A DNA stretch of 63,972 bases, filler included, from Reticulomyxa filosa (taxonomy: Eukaryota; Protista; Foraminifera), in the NCBI GenBank assembly GCA_000512085.1. It is 19 parts of 19 records of this genome, joined end to end, with 100 filler letters (N's around TTAATTAATTAA, not from the genome) between each part and the next. Parts side by side here need not be neighbours in the genome. Positions count along the whole stretch, not along the records: positions 46,414 to 53,260 come from ASPP01005871.1; positions 53,361 to 61,498 come from ASPP01010068.1; positions 61,599 to 63,972 come from ASPP01016384.1; 16 more parts are not named here. One strand, given 5' to 3'. This document shows, piece after piece, positions 48,534 to 61,656 of this stretch. A program made the position numbers and the translations under genes. The stretch's first letter is position 1; every line of letters begins with the position of its first letter. A model generated the notes under the pieces. The model did no database searches and was not told the origin of the DNA. It worked only from the letters and a program-made list of their open reading frames with translations.

Positions 48534-50644
48534 TCAAATGGTGCGCATGCCATTGAAATTGTGATTCACCTGGGTTTGTCCCCATGTGTCTATGAGATTG
48601 GATAACGTTGTGTGAAAAGAATGATATTTTTCATCAGGAAGCAGTGAAGAGAGAGAAAGAGAAGAAAAAAGGAATATTAACTGTTATTCGGCTGCGTTCC
48701 ATAAAAAGATTGCTGTGTTTGAGGATTATATTGATTGATAGGTGGATTACTGTAGAAATTGAGTCCATAGCCATTGTTCATGCCCATATTCATATTCAAG
48801 TTTGTGTTCATATTCATATTAATCGGGGTCATACTTGCTCCATATTGACCCATGTTGGGGTTGACAATGTGTGTTGATACGTTTGTGTGCACCATTCCCA
48901 TATTCATTCCCAATCCTATATTGCAACAATATTTGTTGTTGTTGATGATGAAAACCAATTTGCAAAACACACACAAACAAAAAAAAGCCTGACAAACCAG
49001 AAGGAGGCAGCTGTGTCAAAAAGTTTTGACTGGGCAATTGTTGTGTGACATTACGATTGGATTGTTCATTTTTATTCTGTTTAAACTTTTCCAAAATGGA
49101 GTTCTTGCTTTGTTCAAGTTTTTTTTGTTTTTTTTCGGGATCGACGGTGGTTTCAAACAGACTGTCTGTGGGAATGTCCCCATCTCCGAATAAATCGTCA
49201 CCACTTTTTTGGCTTTGGAAATCCTGTGGAGAAAGTCCAAGTCCAGACAGCAAGTCATTGTCTTGAGTCGTCGTTGTGGTTGTCGTGGTCGTCTTTCTCG
49301 ACACTGTGGAGGTGGAGCTGTTTGTCGCCTCCGTAGATATTGTGCTTTCATTGTCACCAAACTGTGTCCATCCCAGGTGTTGTTCCTTTTGTTCCGTTGT
49401 TTCCGTTGCATTAAAAGTAAGCAAATCTGGTGGTGGTTCTTTTTTTCCTCGTCGCACATCTTTTTGCTGTCCCAGTGTGTCCGAAACAACAAACAATAAT
49501 CAATTAACCCATCAAACAAAAACCTTAAAAAAAAAAATCTACGTAGGGGCCACCAAAAAAAAAGCTTCCCCTAGCCCCCTTTTTTTTTTTTTTTTTAGCG
49601 CTTTTGTCTTTTTTTATTTAAAATTTTTTTTTTTTTTTTAAGAAAAAAGGGGGACACACATCGAGTTCTTCATTCAATCCTAACAACAACAAAGAAAGAG
49701 TAAATGAATTTATGGATGAAGCCTTTGAGTAGAAAAAGAAAAAAGAAGGTTTGCAAAACAGAAGTCTGGCTTTTCAATTCAGAGGTGCTGGAAGTTCCTC
49801 TTTTCAGGCCTTCGGATTGCTCCTTTGAGATTTGAGAGAATATTCGCATCACATCACATAGCAAACAAACAGTATTGTTTCAAATTGCATTTTAAAAAAA
49901 AGAAATTCTGTTTTATAAATTCTTTGCATCTTGTTTGTTTGTTTTTTCAATTACCTCATCTGATCTCACATTTTCTCCAGCATCAGCTTCTGATCCTCCC
50001 TCTCTGTCTTCGCTCTCTTCCAATTTTTTCTATCGATGATTTTTTTTTTTTTAATAAAAAAAAAAAAAAAGCGTTACGTTAATGTTGCGCGTGCGTATGT
50101 GTTAAAGTGAATTTTTTTTATTATTATGTTTTTTTTTTTTTTTAAAAAAAAAAAAAAGGGTCACACTGGAACTCAGGTGTTAAAAAAAAAAAAAAAAAAG
50201 GATATTTGTTTGTCGAGCATTTCAAAAAGACTCAACTTTCCATTGTTGAGCTTTTTTGTCAGAATACCACAACTTCCTTTCGTATTTGTCGCGGATGAAT
50301 CGCCCCAAGGTGTACACGTCCGATGTTGGGGTTGGCTTCGAGTTGCTTGGCATCTTGGCCTCGTAAATGCTGTTCACCACTTCGTTGCCACCTTGGCGCT
50401 TAAAGTGGTCCAATAATAGCTTTGTCCATCCGTCCAAGGTCGAGGATTTCACTTTCGATATGTGCACGCCCAAGTTACGATGCACACCTGAACAGCGAAT
50501 GCATATAAACACTCCGATGTTTGTCGAACACCATGTGGCTTGCTTTTGTCCGCAGTCTGCACAGTAACGATTTGAATCTAGTTTTTGCAGACGACTCAGC
50601 TCTTCTTTACATCTCAAATTTTCACGAGTCATTCGCTCTGCCAT
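48534..50644 (-). CDS. ArfGAP, SMAP/AGD5-like (spliced)
   Basis: CADCG...W.S.NIGVFICIRCSGVHRNLGVHISKVKS.TLD.W, GN...N..YEA, FIRDKYE; downstream DLL motifs and an M/N/G-rich tail. Confidence 0.92.
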
Positions 50645-50988
50645 GATTGGTATCTTTAGGTTTCAAAAAAAAAGTTATACCTATGCACAAGCAGGAAAAA
50701 AAAAAATTGAAGATGAAAGTCAGTCTCCCTCTTTCAGCTTGTTGACGTCCAGTTTTGGTTGCAGGCCAGTATAGTTTAAACGATTGCTGACAAGAAAACG
50801 AAGTGTTGATACGACAAAAGCAAAATATCTGATTTTATCAATCTTTTGATGCAAAGCTCGAATATGACAACTTTGTAAAATGAACACAAAACAACGCTTT
50901 AGAGAGAATCAACATTGTATGTCCAACAAAACAATGTCGTTTTTTTTTTTTGAAGTGTAAGACCTTGTAGGGAAATTATTGAACAAAA

Positions 50989-52147
50989 ATGTCACAAGAG
51001 TTGCATGGAGATCCCGAAAAAAACTCACATATGCAAAGGCAAGATGATGCAAATAATGTGTCAGTGCCAAGGAATGACAATGATCTAGATTCTAGTATTG
51101 TGCCTGAACCCGACTCTGCGACTGTTGACAAAGATTCGTCCAGCAATATCAGTTTCCTTGACTTCATGTTCTTCTCTCTTTCTCTAATTCAGTGCATCAA
51201 AACAACAGGAAGAGGGAGAGAAAAAAGAAACAAAGCAAATTTCTTTTTTTGTTTTGTTAAAAAAAAGGATTGTTTTTTTTTTTTCTGTTTTTTGGAACAA
51301 TTTGCAACCAATCAACAAACAAACAATCATGTTCCAACCAATCAAAAACTTGGAGAGGACTAAAACAAAAAAAAAAAAGAAAAAAAAGAGTAATACAATT
51401 GGAGGCAAGCTTTGACCTGTTTGTTTGTGTGGATGCAAAATACAGACAAACAAAACATAGGCCCTGCTTTGAATGCAAATGTTGTGATAGACGCAAACAA
51501 TGAGGTACTGTTGTGCCGAGAAGATTTGATACTGGATAATCGCTTGCACAGCAACGAACCTCGTTATCGAGTGAAAGTATATAGTTTGGATGAGTCAGGC
51601 AATTGGATGGATGACGGCACAGGATATCTATCATATCACTGTTTATTTGCAGATGATAACAATAACAATAATAAGAATAATAATAATGATAATAATAATA
51701 ATAATAATAATGATAATAATAATGGTATCAATGATAACACGAGCCCAACAAATGACACGCAAAGACCCAGTAAAATTGAGCTAATTGTAAACAGCGATCA
51801 ACAGAACGCCGAAATATTATTGACTCATTGCGTCACGAATGACAGTTTGTATGAGAAACAAGTTGAAAATGACGATTTACAATTAACAACAACAACAACA
51901 ACAAATGCAAAAACTTTTGACCCTAGCATACACATACACATGCACATACACATGCACATACACATACACAAAACAATAACATTTCTATTTGCACTTAGAA
52001 AGAGTTAGATTCTTTTTTTTTTTTTTTTTTGTCTTGTAAACTTTATGTTGGTTTGTGTTGTGTTATTTTCATAACAAATAAGATTACAATCTATTCACTC
52101 ATGTGTTTGTGTGTATATGTAATGGTTCCCATTGGGACGCAAATGCT

Positions 52148-52185
<38 letters not shown>

Positions 52186-52542
52186 GAACAACAATAATAG
52201 CATGGATAACGGACGAGAGCGCCACAGGACGGCGACGGAGTGAAGAGGACAAGCAGAAGACGGACGCGACGATGGGTCTGTGTTCGGAGGGCGACGAAGG
52301 AGCGCTGTCGTTTCAAGACGGGAGTGCGTGCATGGACTTGTGGAAGTTGATAGGATATTTGAAGGGCTATTCCAAGTTATCCGAGTTTGAGCAAACGGAA
52401 CGTCAAATGAAAGATGAGTACGAAAAGAAGTGTTCGAATTTGGAAAACGAAGCTGATCAAATGACGACGGGTCAGTCTGTGCACAAGTGTTCTTCTCCAT
52501 CACCATCCACATCATCATCCTCTTCATCCTCCTCGTCGTCAG

Positions 52543-52580
<38 letters not shown>

Positions 52581-53260
52581 GCAACATCATCGTCATCGTC
52601 GTCAGACCCCTGTTCGTCCCCTTCGTCGTCGGCCTCCGCGTCGCCACCCTCGCCTTCGTCGAAAGCTGTCTCGTCGTCACCGCCACCACTGTCATCATCA
52701 TCATCCTCGTCGTCGTCCTCGGGACGGAACGACAAGACCCTGGCCAAGGCGAGGAGGAAGGAAGAGGACGTTAATGTAAACGTGAACGTGAAGTTGGACA
52801 AGAGACACAAACACCATCACAAAAGAAAGCACAGCGAAAAACAAAAGAAAAAGAGGCACAAAGACGAGGGTACATTGCTGAGTCGATTGTTCGAAGACTT
52901 TCAAAACGAGCCCAAGTCCACTATCGACTCAACAACAGCAATGACAACAATGACAAGAAATGCTGGTACCAATATTGACATCGGTGATGCTACCACTGCC
53001 ATTAACACTGCCATTAACACTGCCATTGACACTGTTATGCCAACAACGTCGATGGATGACAGCTCAACAAAGACCGACAGGAAAAAAAAAAAAGAGAAGA
53101 AATCCAAGAAACACGCGAAAAAACACAAGCACGACGCCACACACACACACACTTCGAACTCAAGTGTCCACGACCCTTCTTCCCATTCCACTCCGCGCCA
53201 TAAACCGTACAAGAGTAAATACTTTGACGATGACGGTGACGACGATGATGACGACAATAA
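50989..53260 (+). CDS. PP4 regulatory subunit 3 (SMEK/Psy2)-like protein: EVH1-like domain with low-complexity inserts (3'-truncated)
   Basis: RYRVKVYSLDESGNWMDDGTGY, YEKQ|GTTIIAW and ALSFQDGSACMDLWKLI match the SMEK N-terminal domain. Confidence 0.85.
52500..52720 (+). repeat. TCA/TCG trinucleotide tract encoding poly-Ser
   Basis: Mixed (TCA)n and (TCG)n run. Confidence 0.9.
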
Positions 53261-53446
53261 NNNNNNNNNNNNNNNNNNNNNNNNNNNNNNNNNNNNNNNN
53301 NNNNTTAATTAATTAANNNNNNNNNNNNNNNNNNNNNNNNNNNNNNNNNNNNNNNNNNNNTTTTGACAAAGGAACTTTTTTTTTTTTGGAAAACGCGGAT
53401 TGGATGAATAGGTATCTTTGCTCATTGGGTAATTTCGCAAATCCGA

Positions 53447-53683
53447 TTGGCAAAGTACAAACAAGTGCTGGTTCAAGCCAATGAACAGGTCAAGGCATTG
53501 AGAGAAGAGATCACCAAGTCACAACAAGAAGAATTACAAAAATGGCAAAGCAACAAGAGTTTATTCGACAGTACACAAAAAGACAATCAGAAACTTGCCC
53601 AGCAATCAAGTAGCATACATGCAAATGAGACAGTTGATGGAAATAAAACTAAGAAATCAAAAAATAAAAAAGAAGGGGAATGA
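53447..53683 (+). CDS. C-terminal coiled-coil fragment of a truncated gene
   Basis: Q/E/K-rich ORF near the contig start. Confidence 0.45.
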   Translation: MAKYKQVLVQANEQVKALREEITKSQQEELQKWQSNKSLFDSTQKDNQKLAQQSSSIHANETVDGNKTKKSKNKKEGE

Positions 53684-54085
53684 GTTTGTTGTATGTTGAT
53701 CATTCTTGCATAATAATTTTTTTTGCTGTTTTTGCAAGTCTATGTCACTTGCACATGTAAATAGCGTTTTTGAGCATCCATTATAATGAGCTTATAAGTT
53801 TCAACGGAACATTTACGCTGTCAAAAACAGATATTCATAGTAACACAAAGCAAACAAATGTACAATTAAATTGATTGTTTATTATACTATCCCTTTATTC
53901 AAGCGAAAAAAAGCAACAAATAATGTTTTTCGGCAAATATGTCACTGCACCAAATTTGAGAAACAACAATATTAACTGACACAAGCAAAAATTGAACGCA
54001 AAACTCTTCCACTAACTAGTTTTAAATTAAACTTTGGAAAATTAATACTCACTCATTTTCCCAAAACAAGTAAATACCCTCAATC

Positions 54086-55230
54086 ATGAATTTGGACGAG
54101 AGATTTGCCTATTTTGATTTTATTGCTTTTGCCTTAATTTCCCTGATTTTGGGAGGGATGACAGTGCACTTGATAGTTTGGACGTATAGCAAGTATGCAG
54201 AAGAAAAAACTGACCGCAGCACCCGAAGGTCGAAGCTAAGTAACGAATCGTTTTTTAGTTGGTTGTGGATAACACGAATTAGCTTGATTGGCTGCTTAAT
54301 ATTTTTTTTTATCGCTGGGATTTGTGGTGTTACTGTAAAAGCGTTGGGTATATGGAAAGGAGGTGATCACTTTCCGACGGATTGTTCACGATACGCACTC
54401 GTTGGTTTGATAGCTCAAATTACCAGTCGAGGTATGCCATCATTTTGTGTAACTTTTTTTTTTGCTTTTTATTATGAAAAAAAGCAGACCTAAAATAATT
54501 TGCTGTACATAGTATACTAATAACACGGATGTTTTATAGCTTCAATATACGTTGTGATGGTACTTCGATTGCACTTGGCATATCATGCAAGTAGCTTTGA
54601 ATTTCAGAAAGATTTCTTCGAATGTGTTTTGGGTATGTGATGGTGGTGGTAGTTGGTACTTACATTCTGACGGTGATGTATTACCACTTAGAGAGTTATC
54701 GTTCCACAGGAGGCGCGAATATCTGGATTTGCAAAAGTGCACCAGAATTGCCAGCAGTTATATGGCCGGCGGCACATGAGTTGATATTGTCAATATTGTT
54801 TATGGTCTTGTTTATTCGTCCTTTATTGCATATTATCCGTACACAAAGAAGGGAGCAATTTTCCAAAATGAGCAAAGGTGTCGAAAATATGTGGCACTTG
54901 AGTGTCAAGTATGCCATTTTGGGCTTTACAACGACGATAAGTTCTATCGGAGCGCTTTTTCTTACCTTAGTAAGAAAGGAAGGTGTCTGGGTTGCAATTG
55001 ATAGTGTCATCGTTGCTGTGTGCTTGGCGATGATGGGCAGTGTATACAACGAAGCATATTTTAAGATTTGTTGTTGTCCAATTTTTTGTGTGTACAAGTG
55101 CACCCACCGACAATGGAACGACGAAGAAAAAAAAGCAGCGCTGGAAGTAGAATTAGGAAGTGGCAAACATGAAACAACTAAAAGCGATGAGATTACGAAC
55201 GTTTCAGACAAAAGTGCTCAAGTTGTTTGA
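54086..55230 (+). CDS. Multi-pass (probably 7TM, GPCR-like) membrane protein
   Basis: About seven hydrophobic segments across two exons (intron at about 54432-54539, slip at about 54603), extracellular Cys residues, and a C-terminal CCCP...C cluster followed by a polar tail. Confidence 0.65.
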
Positions 55231-56423
55231 CACTTTCTTTGAAGATTAATGGTTTTCAATTGTTGTTTTATTTTGCTTTGTTGAATTGTTGATATGACTG
55301 GTGATTTTTAAGTTATCTATGAAATAGCTATTTTTATTTTTTCTTTTTTTTCTGATGTTACCTTTTTCTGGAATTGGAAGTATAGATATTGTTTTTCTTC
55401 TCTTTAAAAAACTTTGTGGTCTGCTAAGCAAGTAGAATTTGATCTTTGGAATTGATCCCTTGGAAGGTCGTTATGTATGTCACCTAAAATAACAAAGATT
55501 TTAAAAATATTTTGACTGGAACTTTGCCCAGTCTTTTGTTCGAACGAGCTAAGGCCCCTTGTTTGAAAAGAAAAAAATTCAATTCGTTTAATCGAATGTC
55601 TGAGATACAGGTTTGTTATTGTCGTTTTTTTTTTTATATGATGATTTGTCTTTAATGAACATTTTTGCTTTTCAAAAATGTAAGGAAAAAAAACTTCCAA
55701 GACCGTACTGATTTTTATTATTTTTTTGTCACAGTTTATGTGACGTTATACGATGTTATTAAATTTATTTTGTGCAAACAATAGATCGACCGCTTGTGAA
55801 ACTTTTGCTGTGAAGGAGATTTCAAAGATGACTTTTAAATAAAATTATTTTCCTCCGAATTTGCGGGCTTGTGTGAAATTTTTGTGCAAAAAATTGTGGG
55901 TTTTTCTTTTGAAAATAAATAATTTTAAAAGCGCATTTTCATTGGCGTTTCATGTTTTTTGCACTAGAAAATCATAAAAATATTGATATTTTTCTGACTT
56001 GCGTAAAATCTTCCTAAAATATGCACAAGTGGAACATTGTTTGATTAATTTTTGAATTGAATGAATATATGAGGTAGTTTTTTAAGAACTGTGCTTTATG
56101 TATTCTTAAGCAATACGTAAAAAACTAGTTCTCTGGAAGATTTAATATAATTTCGATCCTACTGTTTTAATTTTCTTTTTTTCGCAATTTACGAGTGAAA
56201 AATATTGCAGTGAAGTTATGTTAATGCTTGCCTTATCAAGATTGCATTCACTTTACAAAAGCAAATGGGCAAAGGATCAGAAATATTTGCAAAGAATTGA
56301 TTAAAAGGAAGTTTCAGAAAACGAAGGACAATGATGGTTAGTTAAAAAAAAGAAGGACAAGAAAAAAGATTATAGAAAAAAGCGAACCCAAATTCAATAA
56401 AAAAAAAATACAAAACATCCATC

Positions 56424-59400
56424 CTAATAGCTCTGGCACTCTAAAATTGGAAAATCAGATTTTCCACCAATAGTTATTAATCGTTTCCCAAACAGGAAGC
56501 ATGCAAGATAGATATTTTCACTATTTGGAGAAATATTTATTTCTTTGGCGGACTCAATGTCAAAGAGTTTCGCGCTTTGTCCTCGCACAATCAAAGCCAT
56601 GCTGTCTTGGCATTCCAATTGTGTAATCGAGTCGAGGCGCTTGTCGTCAATCTTTTTGTCCGGTAGTGTTGTTACTCCGTTGTCGGAGAATTGCCAAACG
56701 CGCAGTGCTCGGCCACCGCCTACAAGGAAAATAGAACTTGCCGCCAAAGTTTGGTATTCATAAGAACAGAGATTGCCCACTTTTGTTGCGTAATAATAGG
56801 GCAAGTTATTGCTTCAAACAATCAAGCAAGCGCATATATACACAAGCAATTACAATATATATACACATATATAATAGTATTACCTTACTGTATCGTTCTG
56901 TTTTGTTTGTCTTGCGGGACTGAGACTTCTGGCTCGTGGAAGCAATGACAGACTTCTCGAATCTAAAGTAGCTGCCATAGGAATATGAGACGGCCTTGCC
57001 CGGGAAGTTTTTGGCCCAGAACGCTCAGATGGGTAACCAAATAAGGACAAGCTGAACTGATACAACTGTCTTCCAATCACGGAGAAACCCCTGATATTGC
57101 ACAATACAAACATGTTATTCTTTTAAAAAAAAATAAAAAAAAAGTTAATAAATGCAAGTACTTTTCATTATATAACATACCATCCATTTGCATCGCAAAC
57201 CAACCCATTCACATTGTCTGTTTTTTGATCTTTTTGATCACCATGTAGAACTTGGCCGAGCAGATCACCACTCTTGACAGAGAGACACCAAATGACACCC
57301 CCAGCATCACCAGCAAAAAGGAGTTGGCCGTTAGAAGTGAAAGCTAACGAGATGATTCCGCCCACTCGTCGTGTACTCTCACCTCGGAGGTGGAACTTTA
57401 TATCACCAAAAGATTCACTTGAAACGCTCCATATTAATACGTACCCTTTTCCTGATTCATTCTTAGCTCCACCCGCCAAATATCGACCACAAGGGCTAAA
57501 TCGCAACGTCGTGACATTATCACTCACTATTGCAACGCCACAAGGCTGCATCTCGTCGATTTTCTTGTCCGCCTCGCTTTCTGCAGCTTTCCACAGCATT
57601 ATTGTTTTGTCCACACCACTCGTGGCTACAAACAGATCTGTCAACGATGCACTCATTGCCAGCACTTTTCCAGTATGATCTAGACATTTTTTTAAAAAAT
57701 TCATTAAACATGCCAAAAAAAAAAAGAAAAGAAAATTATTATTATTATTATTTTGTGTCATGCTGTAGTATACGTGCGTAGGTGTGTTGAATTGGAGAGA
57801 AACTCTTCTTAACTCTTTTGGTGGGGTCTGAGTTTAGCACTATCTTTCAGCAACTTGTCCAACAATTTTGCGTCCTCTTCTTTTGCCTCTGCTGCGACAG
57901 ACATAGCATGTTGCAGTTTGGCCAATTTAGTTTCCAAGAATTGAACCTTATTGGTAAGTGCTTTGTTTTCATCTGGTTCAAGCATCACGCTCATCGATCT
58001 GGAGCTGGTATTTCTTTGGAGCGCTTGTAACACCGGTTGAGTATACTCATAACCTCGCTGTAGCACTCCTCGTTTCAAACCTCGCAGCAAATCACTTGCC
58101 TCCTCTAACATATGTACTACTCTGGTAATCGTGGAATTATGCTCTTCCGTTATTCTTTCACTTTCGAGTTTCTTCTTCTCTTCTTCTTCTTCGTGCTTCT
58201 TTTTCAAGGCCTGCAGCTCACTCTTTAACTCTTTCAATTGCTTGTTCAGGTCCAATATCTTAGCTTCCTTTTCTTTCATTTCGGCAAAGAACTATACGTA
58301 TTATCCAAATAGTCAAATGATATTTAAAAATGCAGTTTGAACAACCTTCTTTATTTAAAATTATATATTATTGTTGTCTACCTGTTGCTCGGTTTGTTTA
58401 CTTTCATTTTCTGCCTTTCGCAGTTCCGCTTTTAGTTTTTCTATGATACTTTCCAATTCTCGTATCTGTGTTTTGAGTTATACTCAACAAATGTGCGCAT
58501 CTGCGAATAACAACAAAAAGTGCAAAAAGGGCACAAAATACACAAAGGCTAACTTTTGCCATAGCCTCTTCTGAGACGATAGACTTTTGCTTGAGCTGAA
58601 GTTTGACACCCTCGCATTGTTCTACCAAAGCCTTTTTTTCATCGTCGACAAGTTGCAATTGTCGAAGCAAACTCTTGTTTTTCAAAGTGATTTTGTCAGT
58701 TCCATCTCCAGATTGGTCACCTTTTCTTTGAATTTGTTTGTCTCGTTGGACGCCTCTGTCAATAATCTGATTAATTCTTGCACTGTTTGTGTCGACTATG
58801 TTTCCATTTTATTTTATTTTTTTTTTTTAATTAAAGAAAGGAGTCAGTCTGTTGAAAAAAAAAAAAAAAGAAGGAGTCTAAAAAGAAAGAAAAATTTATT
58901 GTTGAAACTGGTTCAGTGACCAATGGCTGCAAAGTGGTCAAGGTCTGCTTAATCTGGACATTTCGCTTACTAATTTTTCCATTTGTTCTGTCGAGCCGTG
59001 AAGTGATTGCTTCTCTTGCTCAAGATTGGAAACTGGCAATTGAGTGCGGGGTGACTCTTTTCGCTTCTCTACGATGTTGTTTTGAGCATTGATGATCTCT
59101 TCTTTGCAATTATTCGTCAATTGGGACTCAAGGTCTTTTTTCTCTTCTTTCTCACTTTCGCTCCACTTTGATTATGTATATTGATTGTTTGTGATGAAGT
59201 GCAAGCAAACACACATGTCAAACAAAGTAGTACCAGATTGATGATGATCTCGGTCATTGCGTTATCTCTGTTTTGCAAAGGATCGCACGCTCCAGTTGAT
59301 ACAGGTCTCATGTTCAACAAGAGCTGGAATTCATCAACGTCATCTTTTTGAGCCTCTTCCTTTTTTCTCTTCCTCTCTTGGCGTAGTCATCAACTGTTCC

Positions 59401-61437
59401 TGGGCTACTTCCTCTTCCATTACCTCTTGTGTGGTTTTTGGAATGACTGGGGTTTTCACCACTGACTCCTCCGTCTGCAAAAAAAAAAAAAAAGATAATT
59501 ATTTTTAAAAATCTTTACTGTATAATAAAATGATGTGAAACGCAAAGACGAATTCTGAATATATATATATATATATATGTATATTGTACACATAAAATAA
59601 ATATAAAGATATATGTATATAACTTGAATATCGATATTCTCGTGGATTATCACTGTGTCATGAGAAATGGACGCGAAATGAGAAGGCTGGGCTTTGGCTT
59701 GTTCGTACAACTCTTTGATATTTTTAAACTCCAATTGGAGGTCTTCGTGCTCGAGAATGAGCTTTTGCAACTCTGCTTTGACGGCTTCATATTGCTTTTC
59801 CATCTGTCCGTGTGTGGTTTGGAGTTCGTTCAATTCACATTGGAGTCGATCTTTTAGTGGCACGTCCGCGCCCAAGCGATCACAAGTGAGCTTCAAGGAT
59901 TCGACCGTGTTTTGCAATTGCTCGCTGGCATGCTTCAAATTGTCGTTTTCGCTTTGCAATTGTTTGTTGGACGTTTGCTGCGTTTCATTTTCGACAATAA
60001 ATCGGCCGCACATAGATTTCAAAGACTCGATTTCATCTCGCAATGTTTTGTCCGTAGCTTTGGACAGGTCATTTGCACTTTGTAATTGAGCCTGGGATGT
60101 CTGCAGGTTCTTATTTTCCAAAATCAATTGGTCACAAATTGACAGCAATTTCTCGTGCTCTATTTTTAGCTGTCCATGTCCGTCAAGTACTTTTTCATGA
60201 TCACCTTTCAACGTTTCGTATTCGGAGTTTAATTTGTCATGGCGAGAATGCACTTCGTCTTTGTCTTGAGTCAAATTGCCATTGCAAGACTTGAGTTCCT
60301 CGTGTTGAGCTTTTAACTCTTCGTACACTCCTATTAACGCCGTCTGACGGCCAAAGAGCTCTTCATGTTGCGAGCTTACTTTCATATGTTCATTTTTAGC
60401 TGTCTCATACTCTGACTTCAATTTTTGGTATTCCGCGTTCATCTCTCCGTATCGAATCGTCAATTCGCTGTACTGCGCTTTCAGTTGGTCATACTCCTTT
60501 GCCAACTTTGCATTTTCCAAAATGTGCTGTTCCGATTTGCGCATTAGGGTATCTTGTAATTCGGTTTTTTCTCGTTCTAACGTGTGGCTTTGTGACTGCA
60601 ACTCTTCAAATTTAGTGGTCATTGTCGCATGTTGCACTTTCGTTTGCTCGCTTTCTTTCTGCGCTGCTCATGCTGGGACTTGTATACGTCATATTCCGTA
60701 CGTAGCGTTTCGTATTCTGTGCACAACTTTTCATACGTTGATTTCGCTTCTTCGTGATGGGCATTCAATTGTTCGTGCTGTTCTTCTAATTGCTTGTACT
60801 CTTTGATTCGCGTCGCCTGTTCCAAGACATGTTGTTTTGACACGTCCGTTAAATTCGATTGCAATGCGTCTTTTTCTTGGGCCAATACGTCACATTGAGA
60901 TTTTAATTCCTCGTGTTTGGAGGCCATTGTCAGCTGCTGTGTTTTGATTTGTCTGTGATCATTGTGCAACTGCTCCTCGTGGGATGCACAGGCTTTGTGT
61001 TCGGCTTTCAACTGGTCATACTTGGATTGCATCTTTTGGTAACGTGCTTTAAGCTGATCGTGTTCCTCGACATTTCCACGCTCACATTCCATTTGTCGGT
61101 GCATGCTTCTCAGCTCCTCGTTCAATCTCTTGATTTCCTTGATCATTCCCTCTTCCTTTTCTTTTTGAGCGGCTTGCAATTCTGTTATTTTCGCTTTCAA
61201 ATTTTCAATCTCTTTCGTGTACTTATTGCGAATATTCTTTGCCTGTTTCGCATGCGATGTCAACTCCGTCGCTTGGGTTTGCAAGAAACTGACCATTTCG
61301 TTTGCAAACTTGTTTTGAGCGGCTTGCTCTTCGCTTTGTTTTTGAATGGCCTCTTCAAAGATCGCTTTGACCTCATCGAAGTTCTTAAGTAAGTTTGACC
61401 GTCCTCCCTTCTCTTCCTCTTTTTGTTGCTGCAACAA
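56424..61437 (-). CDS. Large coiled-coil protein with a C-terminal WD40 propeller (multi-exon, 5'-truncated)
   Basis: Long heptad ORFs 60619-61437, 59456-60637 and 57809-58279 join, via slips and introns, to HTGKVLAM...ATSGVDKTIMLWK, LRFSPCGRYLAGG...IW and LAFTSNGQLLFAGD..G.IW. Confidence 0.8.
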
Positions 61438-61656
61438 TGTAATTGATGTGTTTATAATTTTTTTTTTTTTTGTTTTTTTGTTTTTTTTTTTTTTTTTTNN
61501 NNNNNNNNNNNNNNNNNNNNNNNNNNNNNNNNNNNNNNNNNNTTAATTAATTAANNNNNNNNNNNNNNNNNNNNNNNNNNNNNNNNNNNNNNNNNNNNTC
61601 ATCATCATCATCATCACCGTCATCATCTCGACCGTAACCATGAGAATGAAGGACTA

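Noticed and set aside
52099-53257. Poly-Met and poly-Asp minus-strand ORFs
   Set aside because: They are antisense readings of the poly-Ser and poly-Asp tracts of the SMEK-like gene.
5095-60637. Pervasive frameshifts as programmed ribosomal frameshifting or RNA editing
   Set aside because: The slips I traced are mostly single-base gains or losses in homopolymers, go in both directions, have no shared motif, and occur in both protist and bacterial contigs. This fits pyrosequencing-type error.
1451-61554. Recurring TTAATTAATTAA as a biological repeat or CRISPR-like array
   Set aside because: It is always embedded in N-runs and has stops in all frames, so it is a concatenation linker. Adjacency across it means nothing.
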